Of a DNA stretch of 64,000 nucleotides, positions 52,050 through 61,149 are shown one piece after another (position 1 is the stretch's first letter; every line of letters begins with the position of its first letter). Made by a program: the position numbers and the translations under genes. Under the pieces are notes generated by a model. It was not told where the DNA came from. It was given only the letters and a program-made list of their open reading frames with translations, and did not search any database. Origin of the DNA: Paenibacillus sp. (GTDB taxonomy: Bacteria > Bacillota > Bacilli > Paenibacillales > Paenibacillaceae); NCBI GenBank assembly GCA_023512345.1, contig JAILZT010000001.1, positions 290,084 through 354,083 on the forward strand, in the 5' to 3' direction.

Positions 52050-52979
52050 ATGATCCACTGCGAAGGCTTGGTTAAAATTTACAAGGCAGCCGATCTCGAA
52101 GTATTCGCGCTGCAAGGGCTCGACCTCCAGGTGGAGGCTGGGGAGCTGATGGCGATTATCGGCAACAGCGGAAGCGGCAAATCAACACTGCTTAATATGC
52201 TGGGGGGGCTGGATCGCCCGACAGCCGGGAGCCTTAGCGTAGACGGCAAGAACATGCTAAAAATGAGTGAACGGGATCTTGTTAGATACAAGCGGGAGAG
52301 TGTAGGGTTTGTCTGGCAAAATAACGCGAGAAACCTAATCCCTTACCTGACTGCTTTGGAGAATGTAGAGTTGCCTATTCTGCTTGGAGGCCGCCGACGA
52401 CGCGAGCATGCCCTTGCTCTATTGGACGCTGTCGGACTCAGCCACCGCAAGAATAACAAGCTTCACGAGCTCTCCGGCGGTGAACAACAACGAGTTGCCA
52501 TTGCAATCGCACTTGCTAACCATCCAAAGCTGCTTCTAGCGGATGAACCTACAGGTTCCCTCGATTCCCGGATGTCGGAGCAGATCCTAGACTTATTCCG
52601 GGAGTTGAACCGGACGATCGGCATTACCATCGTCATCGTTACACATGACCCTTTATTAGCTAAGAAGGTCAATCGGGTAGTCTCTATCCGTGACGGTAAA
52701 ACCTCTTCTGAAATGATCCGACGTATATCCTATGCAGAGGAACTGGAAGAACTGGAGCGTGGAATTGCAGCTTCGGAATCCGAGGAGGATTCACACGTAG
52801 AATATGCTATTTTGGACAAAGCGGGACGCCTTCAGGTACCATCTGCTTATCTTGAATCTATAGGTGTTAAGGACACCAACAAGGTGAAACTGGAATTGGT
52901 AGATGGAACTATCGTGTTGACCTCACCCGATGGCAACCTATCCATACCCGCTAAAAGTACAGAGGTAATTAAGGGATAA
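52050..52979 (+). CDS. ABC transporter ATP-binding protein (ATPase 2) with a ~90-aa C-terminal extension containing an AbrB/SpoVT-like segment
   Basis: I take the ATG at 52050 after GGGGGAGG as the start. Walker A GNSGSGKST, signature LSGGEQQRVAIAIA, Walker B LLLADEPT. The tail reads YAILDKAGRLQVPSAYLESIGVKDTNKVKLELVDGTIVLTSP. Confidence 0.85.
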   Translation: MIHCEGLVKIYKAADLEVFALQGLDLQVEAGELMAIIGNSGSGKSTLLNMLGGLDRPTAGSLSVDGKNMLKMSERDLVRYKRESVGFVWQNNARNLIPYLTALENVELPILLGGRRRREHALALLDAVGLSHRKNNKLHELSGGEQQRVAIAIALANHPKLLLADEPTGSLDSRMSEQILDLFRELNRTIGITIVIVTHDPLLAKKVNRVVSIRDGKTSSEMIRRISYAEELEELERGIAASESEEDSHVEYAILDKAGRLQVPSAYLESIGVKDTNKVKLELVDGTIVLTSPDGNLSIPAKSTEVIKG

Positions 52980-53020
52980 CAATGAAGAAATCATGCATTC
53001 TGGATAGCCGTATACTAAAA

Positions 53021-53056
53021 ATCCATCCCGCTGAGAAAAGCGGGATGGATTTTTGT
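53021..53056 (+). terminator. rho-independent terminator of the ABC operon
   Basis: ATCCATCCCGC-TGAGAAAA-GCGGGATGGAT followed by TTTTTGTTT. Confidence 0.85.
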
Positions 53057-53078
53057 TTCAGCCTATTATTTTCAAATA

Positions 53079-53249
53079 TTAGAACATTGGGAATACATAC
53101 TTCACCAAAAAGAACAGCAGTCCAAAAAAGATAACTATATACGCAGCATATTTAATAAAGGTAGATGCGACAACGCTGGAATCCGACTTTTTATGCACCT
53201 CAGTGCGTTCCACTTCAACACTTCTGTCTTTATAGTTTGGCTCCATCAT
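53079..53249 (-). CDS. small tail-anchored membrane protein, hypothetical
   Basis: I take the ATG at 53249, 6 nt after AAGGGAG, as the start. 56 aa with a C-terminal TM segment (AAYIVIFFGLLFFLVKYVF). Confidence 0.5.
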   Translation of the reverse strand: MMEPNYKDRSVEVERTEVHKKSDSSVVASTFIKYAAYIVIFFGLLFFLVKYVFPMF

Positions 53250-53323
53250 TACTATCTCCCTTCTCTTCTTAACTTTGTATAGCATCCATTAACCCTAGAC
53301 TTTCATGGTGAAACAAACCAGCT

Positions 53324-55294
53324 TTATAAGGCTTTACGCACACTAAGAATATATTTGGCCTGATCGAGTGGATTCACTCCTCTACGGGTACGTTCGGCAG
53401 ATACATCCGGGGGGCAAGCTTCGTAACCAGAGAAAAATGAAGTAAACGCACTGCGTCCTTTCGTGTAGGAACTAAGTGTCACCGGATAGTCCAGCGAAGT
53501 TGCTAGAGGCAGTCGACCTTCAATGACCATCCGTTCTCCATGAAGTACCGGCGGTTCAAAGGTTCCTCTCATCTGCACCAAATCGTTCATAACACGGCCT
53601 CCATTTTCCTCAGGAACAACAATCCGCACCTGTAAAATGGGCTCTAAAAGCTGGGTCCCCACCCTTGATAGTCCATCCATTATTGCCATCGGAGTAGCTA
53701 CTGCAAAATCAAGCGGATGCGTATGCCAGACATGATGTTGTCCCTCTATAAGTGTTACTTTGAGGTCCGTAACCTCCCAACCGTTAAGTCCCTGCTGCAG
53801 AGCCTCCGGCACACGTCGAGCGGTCTCATTCTGATATTGCGGCAGCAAATCTGAGCTTCGTACTGTGGATTCATACACGAGTCCGCTACCCGGGAGACCT
53901 GGCTCAATCAGAAAACGAAGGATCGCCCAACATGGCTTCGGCATTGTATATGCAATAAATTCTTCACCCGCTCGACTCGGTGTCTCTTTATAAATGACAG
54001 ACGGCTGTCCAAAGGTCACCTTAAGCCCATATCGATTCTCCAAAACACTGCTCAGAATTTCCAACTGGATAGGTCCCATGACTTTAATATGGAGTTCACG
54101 CTCATCCTGCAGCCATTGGGCATCCAGCAGGGGGTCTTCATCAGCCAGCTCCTGCAATGCGCCGATCACTTTGTGATCATCCATATCCTGAGCCCAATGT
54201 ACACGGACAGTAAGGAGTGGCACCGCAAGCTTAGCCTCCTGAGGAATCGCATGAGGACTGCCTATAATATCTCCAATTCTCACACTGGAAAGTCCATACA
54301 CCACAGCAATATCCCCAGCTTCCAGTGTCCCAACATCCTCCGTTCGACCACCCTCCACCTTACGGATTTGCGTGATTTTTTCCTGAATACTCTGGGAATA
54401 ATTAAGCAGCGTCTCCCTATTTCGGACTACTCCATCATATAATCGGACAAAGGCCATCCGTCCCATCGTTTTATCGCGCTGAATACTGTATACAATCCCG
54501 GACACAGGCTGCTCAATATCCCCGCCCGCTCTCGGAAAATACTGAAGCATGGCATCCAATAGTTCGGTAACTCCAATACCCTTCGCCGCAGCTCCATACA
54601 CTAGTGGGAAGACTTGGGCAGAGGATGCTGCTGACGTCAGATGTTTTCTCCACGTCTCCAGATTCATGGCCTCTCCTGACATATACAATTCCAGCAACTG
54701 TTCATCCCGTTCAGCCAAAGCCTCCAGCAAAGCTGTTTGTAGACGAGGTTCTGACTCTCCCATCCACAAGTCGGCAGTCCCTGTGAAATCTTGTTCTGCT
54801 CCAAGAGGCTGCTGTACTGGAATAATATTAGCTGACAAATAAGTACGCGCCTGAGCCAAAACAGCTTCGTGATCTGCGCCCATCCTGTCCATTTTGTTCA
54901 TAAAAATTAATGTAGGTATGTTCAACTTACGCAGCGCCCCCCAGATCATTTCAGTCTGAGCCTGCACACCTTCTACTGCTGACACAATAAGAACCGCACA
55001 ATCCATTACGCGAAGGGAACGCTCTACCTCTGATAAGAAATCCACGTGTCCCGGGGTATCCACCAGATTTATCTGTACTCCTTTCCATGAAAAAGAGGCC
55101 AGCGCCGCTCGAACGGATATTCCCCGCTGCCGCTCTACATCCATCGAATCGGTTAAGGCTGTTCCACTATCTACACTGCCTAATGAACGGATGCGGCCGC
55201 TCTCAAATAATATATGCTCTGTTGTTGTAGTTTTACCGGCATCGACATGTGCAAAAATCCCAATATTCATACGTTCGGTTCTCTGCTGAATCAT
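53324..55294 (-). CDS. Tet(M)/Tet(O)-like ribosomal protection-type translational GTPase paralog
   Basis: 656 aa. NIGIFAHVDAGKTTTTEHILFESGRIRSLGSVDSGTALTDSMDVERQRGISV...DTPGHVDFLSEVERSL...NKMD. The GSVDxGTxxTD...ERQRGI pattern and the ~650-aa length fit RPPs better than EF-G, whose corresponding motif is IGEVHEGAATMDWM and whose length is about 692 aa. Confidence 0.75.
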   Translation of the reverse strand: MIQQRTERMNIGIFAHVDAGKTTTTEHILFESGRIRSLGSVDSGTALTDSMDVERQRGISVRAALASFSWKGVQINLVDTPGHVDFLSEVERSLRVMDCAVLIVSAVEGVQAQTEMIWGALRKLNIPTLIFMNKMDRMGADHEAVLAQARTYLSANIIPVQQPLGAEQDFTGTADLWMGESEPRLQTALLEALAERDEQLLELYMSGEAMNLETWRKHLTSAASSAQVFPLVYGAAAKGIGVTELLDAMLQYFPRAGGDIEQPVSGIVYSIQRDKTMGRMAFVRLYDGVVRNRETLLNYSQSIQEKITQIRKVEGGRTEDVGTLEAGDIAVVYGLSSVRIGDIIGSPHAIPQEAKLAVPLLTVRVHWAQDMDDHKVIGALQELADEDPLLDAQWLQDERELHIKVMGPIQLEILSSVLENRYGLKVTFGQPSVIYKETPSRAGEEFIAYTMPKPCWAILRFLIEPGLPGSGLVYESTVRSSDLLPQYQNETARRVPEALQQGLNGWEVTDLKVTLIEGQHHVWHTHPLDFAVATPMAIMDGLSRVGTQLLEPILQVRIVVPEENGGRVMNDLVQMRGTFEPPVLHGERMVIEGRLPLATSLDYPVTLSSYTKGRSAFTSFFSGYEACPPDVSAERTRRGVNPLDQAKYILSVRKAL

Positions 55295-55474
55295 CTATGG
55301 TTCTCCCGTCATCATTTCAAATAAAACTTGCCCAATTGGCGATACTTAGTATTAAAGCGTTCTCAATAATTAGTCTACAGCTTCCCGCCCCCATGTTCCA
55401 TAATAAATAATTTTTTTATCAGCCTGCAACATTTTGCAACTATCTGCCATCTAGAGTATAAGAGGTGAGGCACA

Positions 55475-56419
55475 ATGAAGAATAAATCTATGATTAGCCA
55501 CGCTAAAAAAATGACTATAGCGTGCGGTATTTTAGCAGCATCTGTGTCCTTTGGGGCATCGGCATTTGCATTCTCAGATTTGAAGGGCAATCCTGCTGAA
55601 GGCAAAATCAATTCACTGCATGAGAAGGGCATTATTAACGGGATGTCTAATGGAAAGTTTGCTCCAAAATTCAAGTTAACGTTCGGTCAAGCGGTTCAAG
55701 TGATTGTCAGCGGCTTGGAACTCAAAGGACAGCCTTCAAATTCTAAAGCAAGTGACTATTTTGACAATGTGAAAGACAAGTCTTGGTTCGCTCCAGCCTT
55801 TCTGACCGCACAGCAAAATGGACTTACCGTGGATCGTAATGTGAATCCAAACGGTTCGATTACACGCGCTCAGTTCGCACATTTACTAACTCAAGGCCTG
55901 ATGAGCAAAGGCGATTTCCCGGTAACCCGAATGTATTTTGAAATTTCGGACGGCGGAAAGCTTCCTGCTGAAGTTAATAATAGTCTGCAAACTTTGCTTA
56001 ATACACGCATCATTTCATTGGAAGCAGGCAGTAAATTCCGGCCGAATGACGCCATTACTCGTGCAGAAGCTGCGGTATGGGTCTATGATGCAGCTGAGTT
56101 TGCCAAAAAAGTAATAACGCCTGCTAACCCGACTCCCGCTCCTGTCTATGAAAAAGCAGAGGTAGCTGTGGTCAAAGCTGCGGATGGTGTGAATAAGGTG
56201 TCGCTAACCGTTAACAATTTACCGAACCCAGGCTACGGCTTGATGATCCAAAAAATTGAATTCAATAAGGATATGACGGCCGTAATCTATTACACGGTAA
56301 CCCAACCAGATCCTAATAAAATGTATCCTCAGGTCATCTCTAAGGCGACAATTGTGACTTACTTAAGTGACGTTTATAAGCCTGTTGCTCAGCTTGTCCC
56401 TGCTGCACCTGCCAAATAG
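55475..56419 (+). CDS. secreted SLH-domain protein
   Basis: 314 aa with a signal peptide. There are SLH repeats (FSDLKGNPAEGKINSLHEKGIINGMSNGKFAP; FDNVKDKSWFAPAFLTAQQNGLTV...ITRAQFAHLL; ...ITRAEAAVWVY) and a C-terminal beta-rich domain. Confidence 0.85.
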   Translation: MKNKSMISHAKKMTIACGILAASVSFGASAFAFSDLKGNPAEGKINSLHEKGIINGMSNGKFAPKFKLTFGQAVQVIVSGLELKGQPSNSKASDYFDNVKDKSWFAPAFLTAQQNGLTVDRNVNPNGSITRAQFAHLLTQGLMSKGDFPVTRMYFEISDGGKLPAEVNNSLQTLLNTRIISLEAGSKFRPNDAITRAEAAVWVYDAAEFAKKVITPANPTPAPVYEKAEVAVVKAADGVNKVSLTVNNLPNPGYGLMIQKIEFNKDMTAVIYYTVTQPDPNKMYPQVISKATIVTYLSDVYKPVAQLVPAAPAK

Positions 56420-56430
56420 GATAGAATTAA

Positions 56431-56495
56431 AAAACCTCCAAAGTATGTCCCCCCTGACCGCATACGGCCAGAAGGGACTAACTTGGAGGTTTTTT
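56431..56495. terminator. long bidirectional terminator between the SLH gene and tex
   Basis: AAAACCTCCAAG ... CTTGGAGGTTTT with an inner stem, and T-runs on both strands. Confidence 0.8.
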
Positions 56496-56503
56496 GTGTT
56501 GCC

Positions 56504-58714
56504 TTATTCCCGCGGTGCTCTCATGGTCAAGCTAACCCGACCCTTCTTGAGGTCGACGCTCATTACCCAGACTGTGACATTGTCACCTACGGAGACTACG
56601 TCCATCGGGTGCTTAACGAAACTGCCGCTAAGCTGGGAGATGTGTACAAGTCCATCGTTCTTAATACCGATATCGACGAATGCGCCGAAATCAATTACGT
56701 TACGGACGGTTCCCTGCATCTCCATGCCAGGAACCAAATCTTCGATCTTAAGCACATCTGTGCGGAAGATCGGTAAAGGCAGCTCCTCACGCGGATCGCG
56801 GCCAGGACGCTGCAGGCTCTCTAGGATGTCTCGCAATGTCGGTACACCGACATCCAACTTGACAGCCAGTTCCTCAGCATTTTGTGCTTCCAGCTCAGAA
56901 GCAACTTCCTTGCTGCCCAGTAAGTTCACGTCAAGCCCAAGTTCACGGAACAAGCGATCCACTACCGGATAAGATTCAGGGTGAATCGGTGTCCGGTCCA
57001 ATGTGTTGTCTCCACCAGGAATACGCAGAAATCCGATGCACTGCTCATAGGACTTCGCACCAAGGCGCGGGACCTTTTGCAATTGTTTACGGGTCGTGAA
57101 CTTACCGTTCTCTTCACGGAACTTGACGATATTCTTGGCAATGGTCGCATTGACGCCAGCCACATAGGACAACAAAGATGGAGATGCCGTATTCACATCA
57201 ACGCCGACATGGTTCACCGCTGATTCTACGACAGCCTTAAGACTTTCTTCCAGATGCTTTTGGGAAACGTCATGCTGGTACTGCCCGACACCAATTGCTT
57301 TCGGATCAATCTTAACCAGCTCAGCCAGCGGGTCCTGCACACGACGGGCAATAGAAGCGGCACTACGCTCAGCTACATCTAGATCCGGGAATTCCTCCTG
57401 AGCCAGCTTGGAAGCTGAGTACACACTGGCTCCTGCTTCATTGACGATCAAGTAAGCCAACTCTGGATTACCGATATCTGCAATAACCTCTGCTGTGAAC
57501 TGCTCCGTCTCACGTGAACCCGTACCGTTGCCGATTACGATAAGCTGGATACCGTACTTCGCAATCAGCTCCTTGAACTTTGCAGCAGCTTCAAGTTTCT
57601 TGTTATTCGGTGGCGTTGGATAAGTTACCGCAACCTCTAACAGCTTGCCGGTATCATCCACCACGGCCAGCTTACAGCCTGTGCGGTAGGCTGGATCGAC
57701 TCCGAGTACACAGCGTCCCTTAACCGGTGGCTGCAGCAGCAAGCTGCGCAAATTTCCTGAGAAAATCGAGATTGCCTGATTTTCACCCCTATCCGTCATT
57801 TCCCCGCGCACCTCACGTTCTACTGAAGGCGCAATCAACCGCTTATAGGAATCCTCGGTCACAGCTTCGATCAAGGATGATACAGGTGACGGAGCTTTGA
57901 GTATCTTCCGGGAGATAAAGGCGTGAATTTTATCTGTCACGATTTCAATCCCCACTTTTAGAATGTTCTCCCGTTCCCCGCGATTAATCGCCAGAATACG
58001 GTGCGGAGGCATTTTATGTACCGGTTCACGATAACTATAATAGTTCTCATATACGGATTCTTGTGTAGCATCCTTTGCCTCAGATACAAGTATCCCTTGG
58101 CTTGCTGTGTAGGAACGAACCCACGAACGAATTGTAGGGTCATCTGCAATATTCTCAGCAATAATATCCATTGCACCTTGCAGTGCCAGCTCCGCAGACT
58201 CTACACCCTTTTCCGAATCCACGTATTTAGCAGCCTCTTCATTCGGATTGCCCTGTCTGCGCTGCTCCATGATCCAGTTAGCCAGCGGTTCCAGTCCTTT
58301 TTCCTTGGCGACACTGGCGCGCGTCTTGCGCTTCTGACGGAATGGGCGGTATAAATCCTCCACTTCCTGAAGCTTAACCGCTTTGGTTATTTGCTCGTGA
58401 AGCTCCTTAGTTAGCTTACCTTGTTCATCAATACTACGGATTACATCCTTCTTGCGCTCACCCAAATTCCGTAAATAGGCCAATCGATCTTCAATATCGC
58501 GCAACTGATTCTCGTCCAGCTCACCCGTCATTTCCTTACGATATCTAGCAATGAACGGAATGGTATTCCCTTCGTCCAGCAGACCTACAGTAGTCCGAAC
58601 TTGCTTCACATTAATATTCAGTTCCTTGGCGATCGCCAAAGTGATCAATTCCTGTTCCTGCTTAATTGCCGCCTCATCGATTACTGCTTCTTTGTTATTC
58701 ATTTCAGTAGTCAA
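56504..58714 (-). CDS. tex: Tex-like S1 RNA-binding transcription accessory protein (Bacillus YdcI)
   Basis: 736 aa with NTIPFIARYRKEMTG, a YqgF/RuvC-like core, HhH and a C-terminal S1 domain (GMEMQGTVRNVIDFGAFVDIG...GLVHISQLS). Confidence 0.92.
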   Translation of the reverse strand: MTTEMNNKEAVIDEAAIKQEQELITLAIAKELNINVKQVRTTVGLLDEGNTIPFIARYRKEMTGELDENQLRDIEDRLAYLRNLGERKKDVIRSIDEQGKLTKELHEQITKAVKLQEVEDLYRPFRQKRKTRASVAKEKGLEPLANWIMEQRRQGNPNEEAAKYVDSEKGVESAELALQGAMDIIAENIADDPTIRSWVRSYTASQGILVSEAKDATQESVYENYYSYREPVHKMPPHRILAINRGERENILKVGIEIVTDKIHAFISRKILKAPSPVSSLIEAVTEDSYKRLIAPSVEREVRGEMTDRGENQAISIFSGNLRSLLLQPPVKGRCVLGVDPAYRTGCKLAVVDDTGKLLEVAVTYPTPPNNKKLEAAAKFKELIAKYGIQLIVIGNGTGSRETEQFTAEVIADIGNPELAYLIVNEAGASVYSASKLAQEEFPDLDVAERSAASIARRVQDPLAELVKIDPKAIGVGQYQHDVSQKHLEESLKAVVESAVNHVGVDVNTASPSLLSYVAGVNATIAKNIVKFREENGKFTTRKQLQKVPRLGAKSYEQCIGFLRIPGGDNTLDRTPIHPESYPVVDRLFRELGLDVNLLGSKEVASELEAQNAEELAVKLDVGVPTLRDILESLQRPGRDPREELPLPIFRTDVLKIEDLVPGMEMQGTVRNVIDFGAFVDIGIKNDGLVHISQLSGSFVKHPMDVVSVGDNVTVWVMSVDLKKGRVSLTMRAPRE

Positions 58715-58820
58715 TCTATCCCTCTTTCCTTGCCTGAATCTGTTTTCGTTGTTTTGCCCATATCTAAAATAGTATCACAGATTGTCTCTGTGCCAAAGTT
58801 CCACTGGAAAGATAGAAAAA

Positions 58821-58862
58821 TAAAATTAAAAAGGCACAACAGCTCCTACGCTGATGTGCCTT
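58821..58862 (-). terminator. rho-independent terminator after ndoA/mazF
   Basis: The minus strand reads AAGGCACATCAGCGTAGGAGCTGTTGTGCCTT followed by TTTTAATTTTATTTTT. Confidence 0.8.
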
Positions 58863-58899
58863 CCAAAGCTCGATTTTATAATCTATGGTCTTACCTGGA

Positions 58900-59250
58900 T
58901 TAAAAGTCAATCAAGCCTAGACTGATTTGTAGTGAATCATCCACCTTTTTCATTGTATCGTCATCGAGGTGGGTGATCTTATCAGTCAAACGTTGCTTGT
59001 CAATCGTCCGGACCTGCTCCAGAAGAATGACGGAATCTCGGTCAAAGCCATGAGCATCTGCGTCAATTTCCACATGAGTAGGCAGTTTGGCCTTCTGGAT
59101 CTGGGCCGTTATAGCGGCCACAATCACCGTTGGGCTGAAACGATTGCCAATATCGTTCTGGATAACCAGAACAGGCCTTACTCCGCCCTGTTCAGACCCC
59201 ACTACTGGGGAAAGGTCGGCAAAAAAAACGTCGCCGCGTTTAACGATCAA
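58900..59250 (-). CDS. ndoA: type II toxin, MazF/EndoA endoribonuclease
   Basis: 116 aa. [62 protein letters not shown] is near-identical in pattern to B. subtilis EndoA. Confidence 0.95.
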   Translation of the reverse strand: MIVKRGDVFFADLSPVVGSEQGGVRPVLVIQNDIGNRFSPTVIVAAITAQIQKAKLPTHVEIDADAHGFDRDSVILLEQVRTIDKQRLTDKITHLDDDTMKKVDDSLQISLGLIDF

Positions 59251-59253
59251 TGT

Positions 59254-59547
59254 TTACACCCCGCTTACTAAGCGGCCAAGAGTGCTGTCTGCATCTTCCT
59301 CAGCAAGGAAAGCCTCGCATGCCATGGTTAAGTTGATCTTAGCCATTTCCATGTAACCGCGCTGCATCGACTCCCGGATGAAACGTTTCTTCCGTTCGCT
59401 TAAATACAGCTTCATGGCCTGCCTAATCAATTCACTTCGGTTGGAATTCTCCAATTGAACGATTCCATCCACTTCCTGCAAGAGATGATCGGGCAAGCTG
59501 ATCATGATTCTTTTGGTGTTTTGCAAATTGGCCACCTTCTCTTCCAC
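59254..59547 (-). CDS. ndoAI: type II antitoxin EndoAI (MazE-like, ribbon-helix-helix)
   Basis: KRIMISLPDHLLQEVDGIV...RSELIRQAMKLYLSERKK...MQRGYMEMAKINL...LVSGV is colinear with B. subtilis YdcD/EndoAI (93 aa). I chose the GTG start by SD spacing, so it is uncertain. The track ORF extends to 59592. Confidence 0.85.
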   Translation of the reverse strand: MEEKVANLQNTKRIMISLPDHLLQEVDGIVQLENSNRSELIRQAMKLYLSERKKRFIRESMQRGYMEMAKINLTMACEAFLAEEDADSTLGRLVSGV

Positions 59548-59747
59548 CCCCACAAACCTTCTGCCCTTGTCTTTCAGTGTAGCAATATACAAGGAATTTT
59601 ATACAAAGAATATATGCAACCAGTATATCAAGTATGCTGCATCCCATTATAAACTAGAAATGGCGGTTCGTATAGACTATAGATCACATAGTTATATACG
59701 AAGTATATCCTCCTAAACTCCCCTTGCACACGAAATCCTTTAGGACT

Positions 59748-60929
59748 TTACGGCTGTAGTAGAGCATTAACCAGGTTCGGAGCAGCGCCTTCGCGTACAT
59801 AAAGACGCGGCACTCGGTGAGCCAGCATGCAAACAACCTCGTAGTGAATCGTTCCAAGATGGAGCGCCAACTCGTCTGCCGTGATCGACACGTCAGCTTG
59901 GCGGCCGATGAGTACAACCTCTTCGCCTGCTTGGATTTGTTCCGCTTCTTCAGCGAAAGATTTGAGCGATACCATACACTGATCCATACAGATAGTTCCG
60001 ACGACCGGGACGCGACGTCCGCGTATTAGCACCTCAGCTTTGCCGCTTAACATGCGGGAATATCCATCTGCGTAACCCACGGGAAGCGTTGCAATAATCT
60101 CTTCACCTTCCGTGACGTAACGTGTACCATAGCTGATGCCCCAATGGGGCGGCCGGCTTTTGACTAACACAGCCTGTGTCTTCAGCGTCAATACTGGGCG
60201 TATAGCTATCAAGTGGTTGTTCACCTCGGCGGAAGGGTAGAAACCGTATATACTGATACCTATACGAACCATATTGATGGACAAATGAGGTGTATCAATG
60301 GCTGTAGCGCTGTTGCCCGTATGTATAATCGGGATAATCAATTCTTGCTCCCGAAGCGCTTCTGCCACGCCCGTGAACCGTCGATGCTGTTCCAGTGTAT
60401 AACTTTTGTCTTCTTCATCCGCCTTGGCAAAATGGGTAAACATTCCCTCCAGCTCCGCCTGCGCAATCTTATGCACTTCCGCGATAAATGCAGGTGCCTC
60501 TTCTGGTAAAAGTCCCAGCCGCCCCATCCCGCTATCTATCTTGATATGCACCTTCAACCTATGGTCCGGATCCAAGGGAAGACGTTTGATCGCTTCCAAT
60601 ACCTCCGGGGTGAAAAGAGTTACGGTTACATTGTTCTCCCAGGCTACGGCTATTCCTTCTGGAGAAGTGTAGCCAAGTACCAGGATAGGAATTAGTATTC
60701 CCGCCTGACGCAGCTCCAATGCTTCATCCAAAAAAGCTACACTCACATAGTCCGCACCCAGGGCTTCTAGCTCCCGTGTCACTTCCACTGCACCATGGCC
60801 GTATGCGTTTGCTTTGACACATGCCATAAACTTCGTCTCTGCCCGCAAAAACGAGCGAAAGGCTTTATAATTGGCACGCAAGTCATCCAGATTGATCTCG
60901 GCTACTGTCGGTCGATAGCTTACTTGCAC
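59748..60929 (-). CDS. alr: alanine racemase
   Basis: 393 aa with a GTG start 7 nt after AGAAGGTGA. PLP-Lys motif VKANAYGHG and the C-terminal beta domain. Confidence 0.92.
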   Translation of the reverse strand: MQVSYRPTVAEINLDDLRANYKAFRSFLRAETKFMACVKANAYGHGAVEVTRELEALGADYVSVAFLDEALELRQAGILIPILVLGYTSPEGIAVAWENNVTVTLFTPEVLEAIKRLPLDPDHRLKVHIKIDSGMGRLGLLPEEAPAFIAEVHKIAQAELEGMFTHFAKADEEDKSYTLEQHRRFTGVAEALREQELIIPIIHTGNSATAIDTPHLSINMVRIGISIYGFYPSAEVNNHLIAIRPVLTLKTQAVLVKSRPPHWGISYGTRYVTEGEEIIATLPVGYADGYSRMLSGKAEVLIRGRRVPVVGTICMDQCMVSLKSFAEEAEQIQAGEEVVLIGRQADVSITADELALHLGTIHYEVVCMLAHRVPRLYVREGAAPNLVNALLQP

Positions 60930-61149
60930 TTCAAAGTCACCTTCTTACGTAAAATAAACGTCATCTGCAGTACCCCATAGACCACTGCCCTTAATGGTAA
61001 TGGTAATCCTACAGAAGAGGGCTGTCAATGAGCGCAGGCTATTCACAAGAACAGGAAAATTTACCCTTCCTCAGCGAAAAAAAAGAAAAGGCGAAGACTA
61101 CGTTGTAGAGGAAGTGCTCCCACAATGCGCAGAATCCGCCTACTATTTA

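Noticed and set aside
58601-58903. 100-aa and 73-aa plus-strand ORFs spanning the tex start and the tex-mazF intergenic region.
   Set aside because: They run antisense through the tex 5' end and the mazF terminator, and they lack SD and motifs.
60930-61149. 220-bp gap between ydcC-like and alr, with track ORF 60994-61257.
   Set aside because: The ORF has no SD, overlaps the ydcC-like 3' end on the opposite strand and has an implausible composition. The gap most likely holds the alr promoter.
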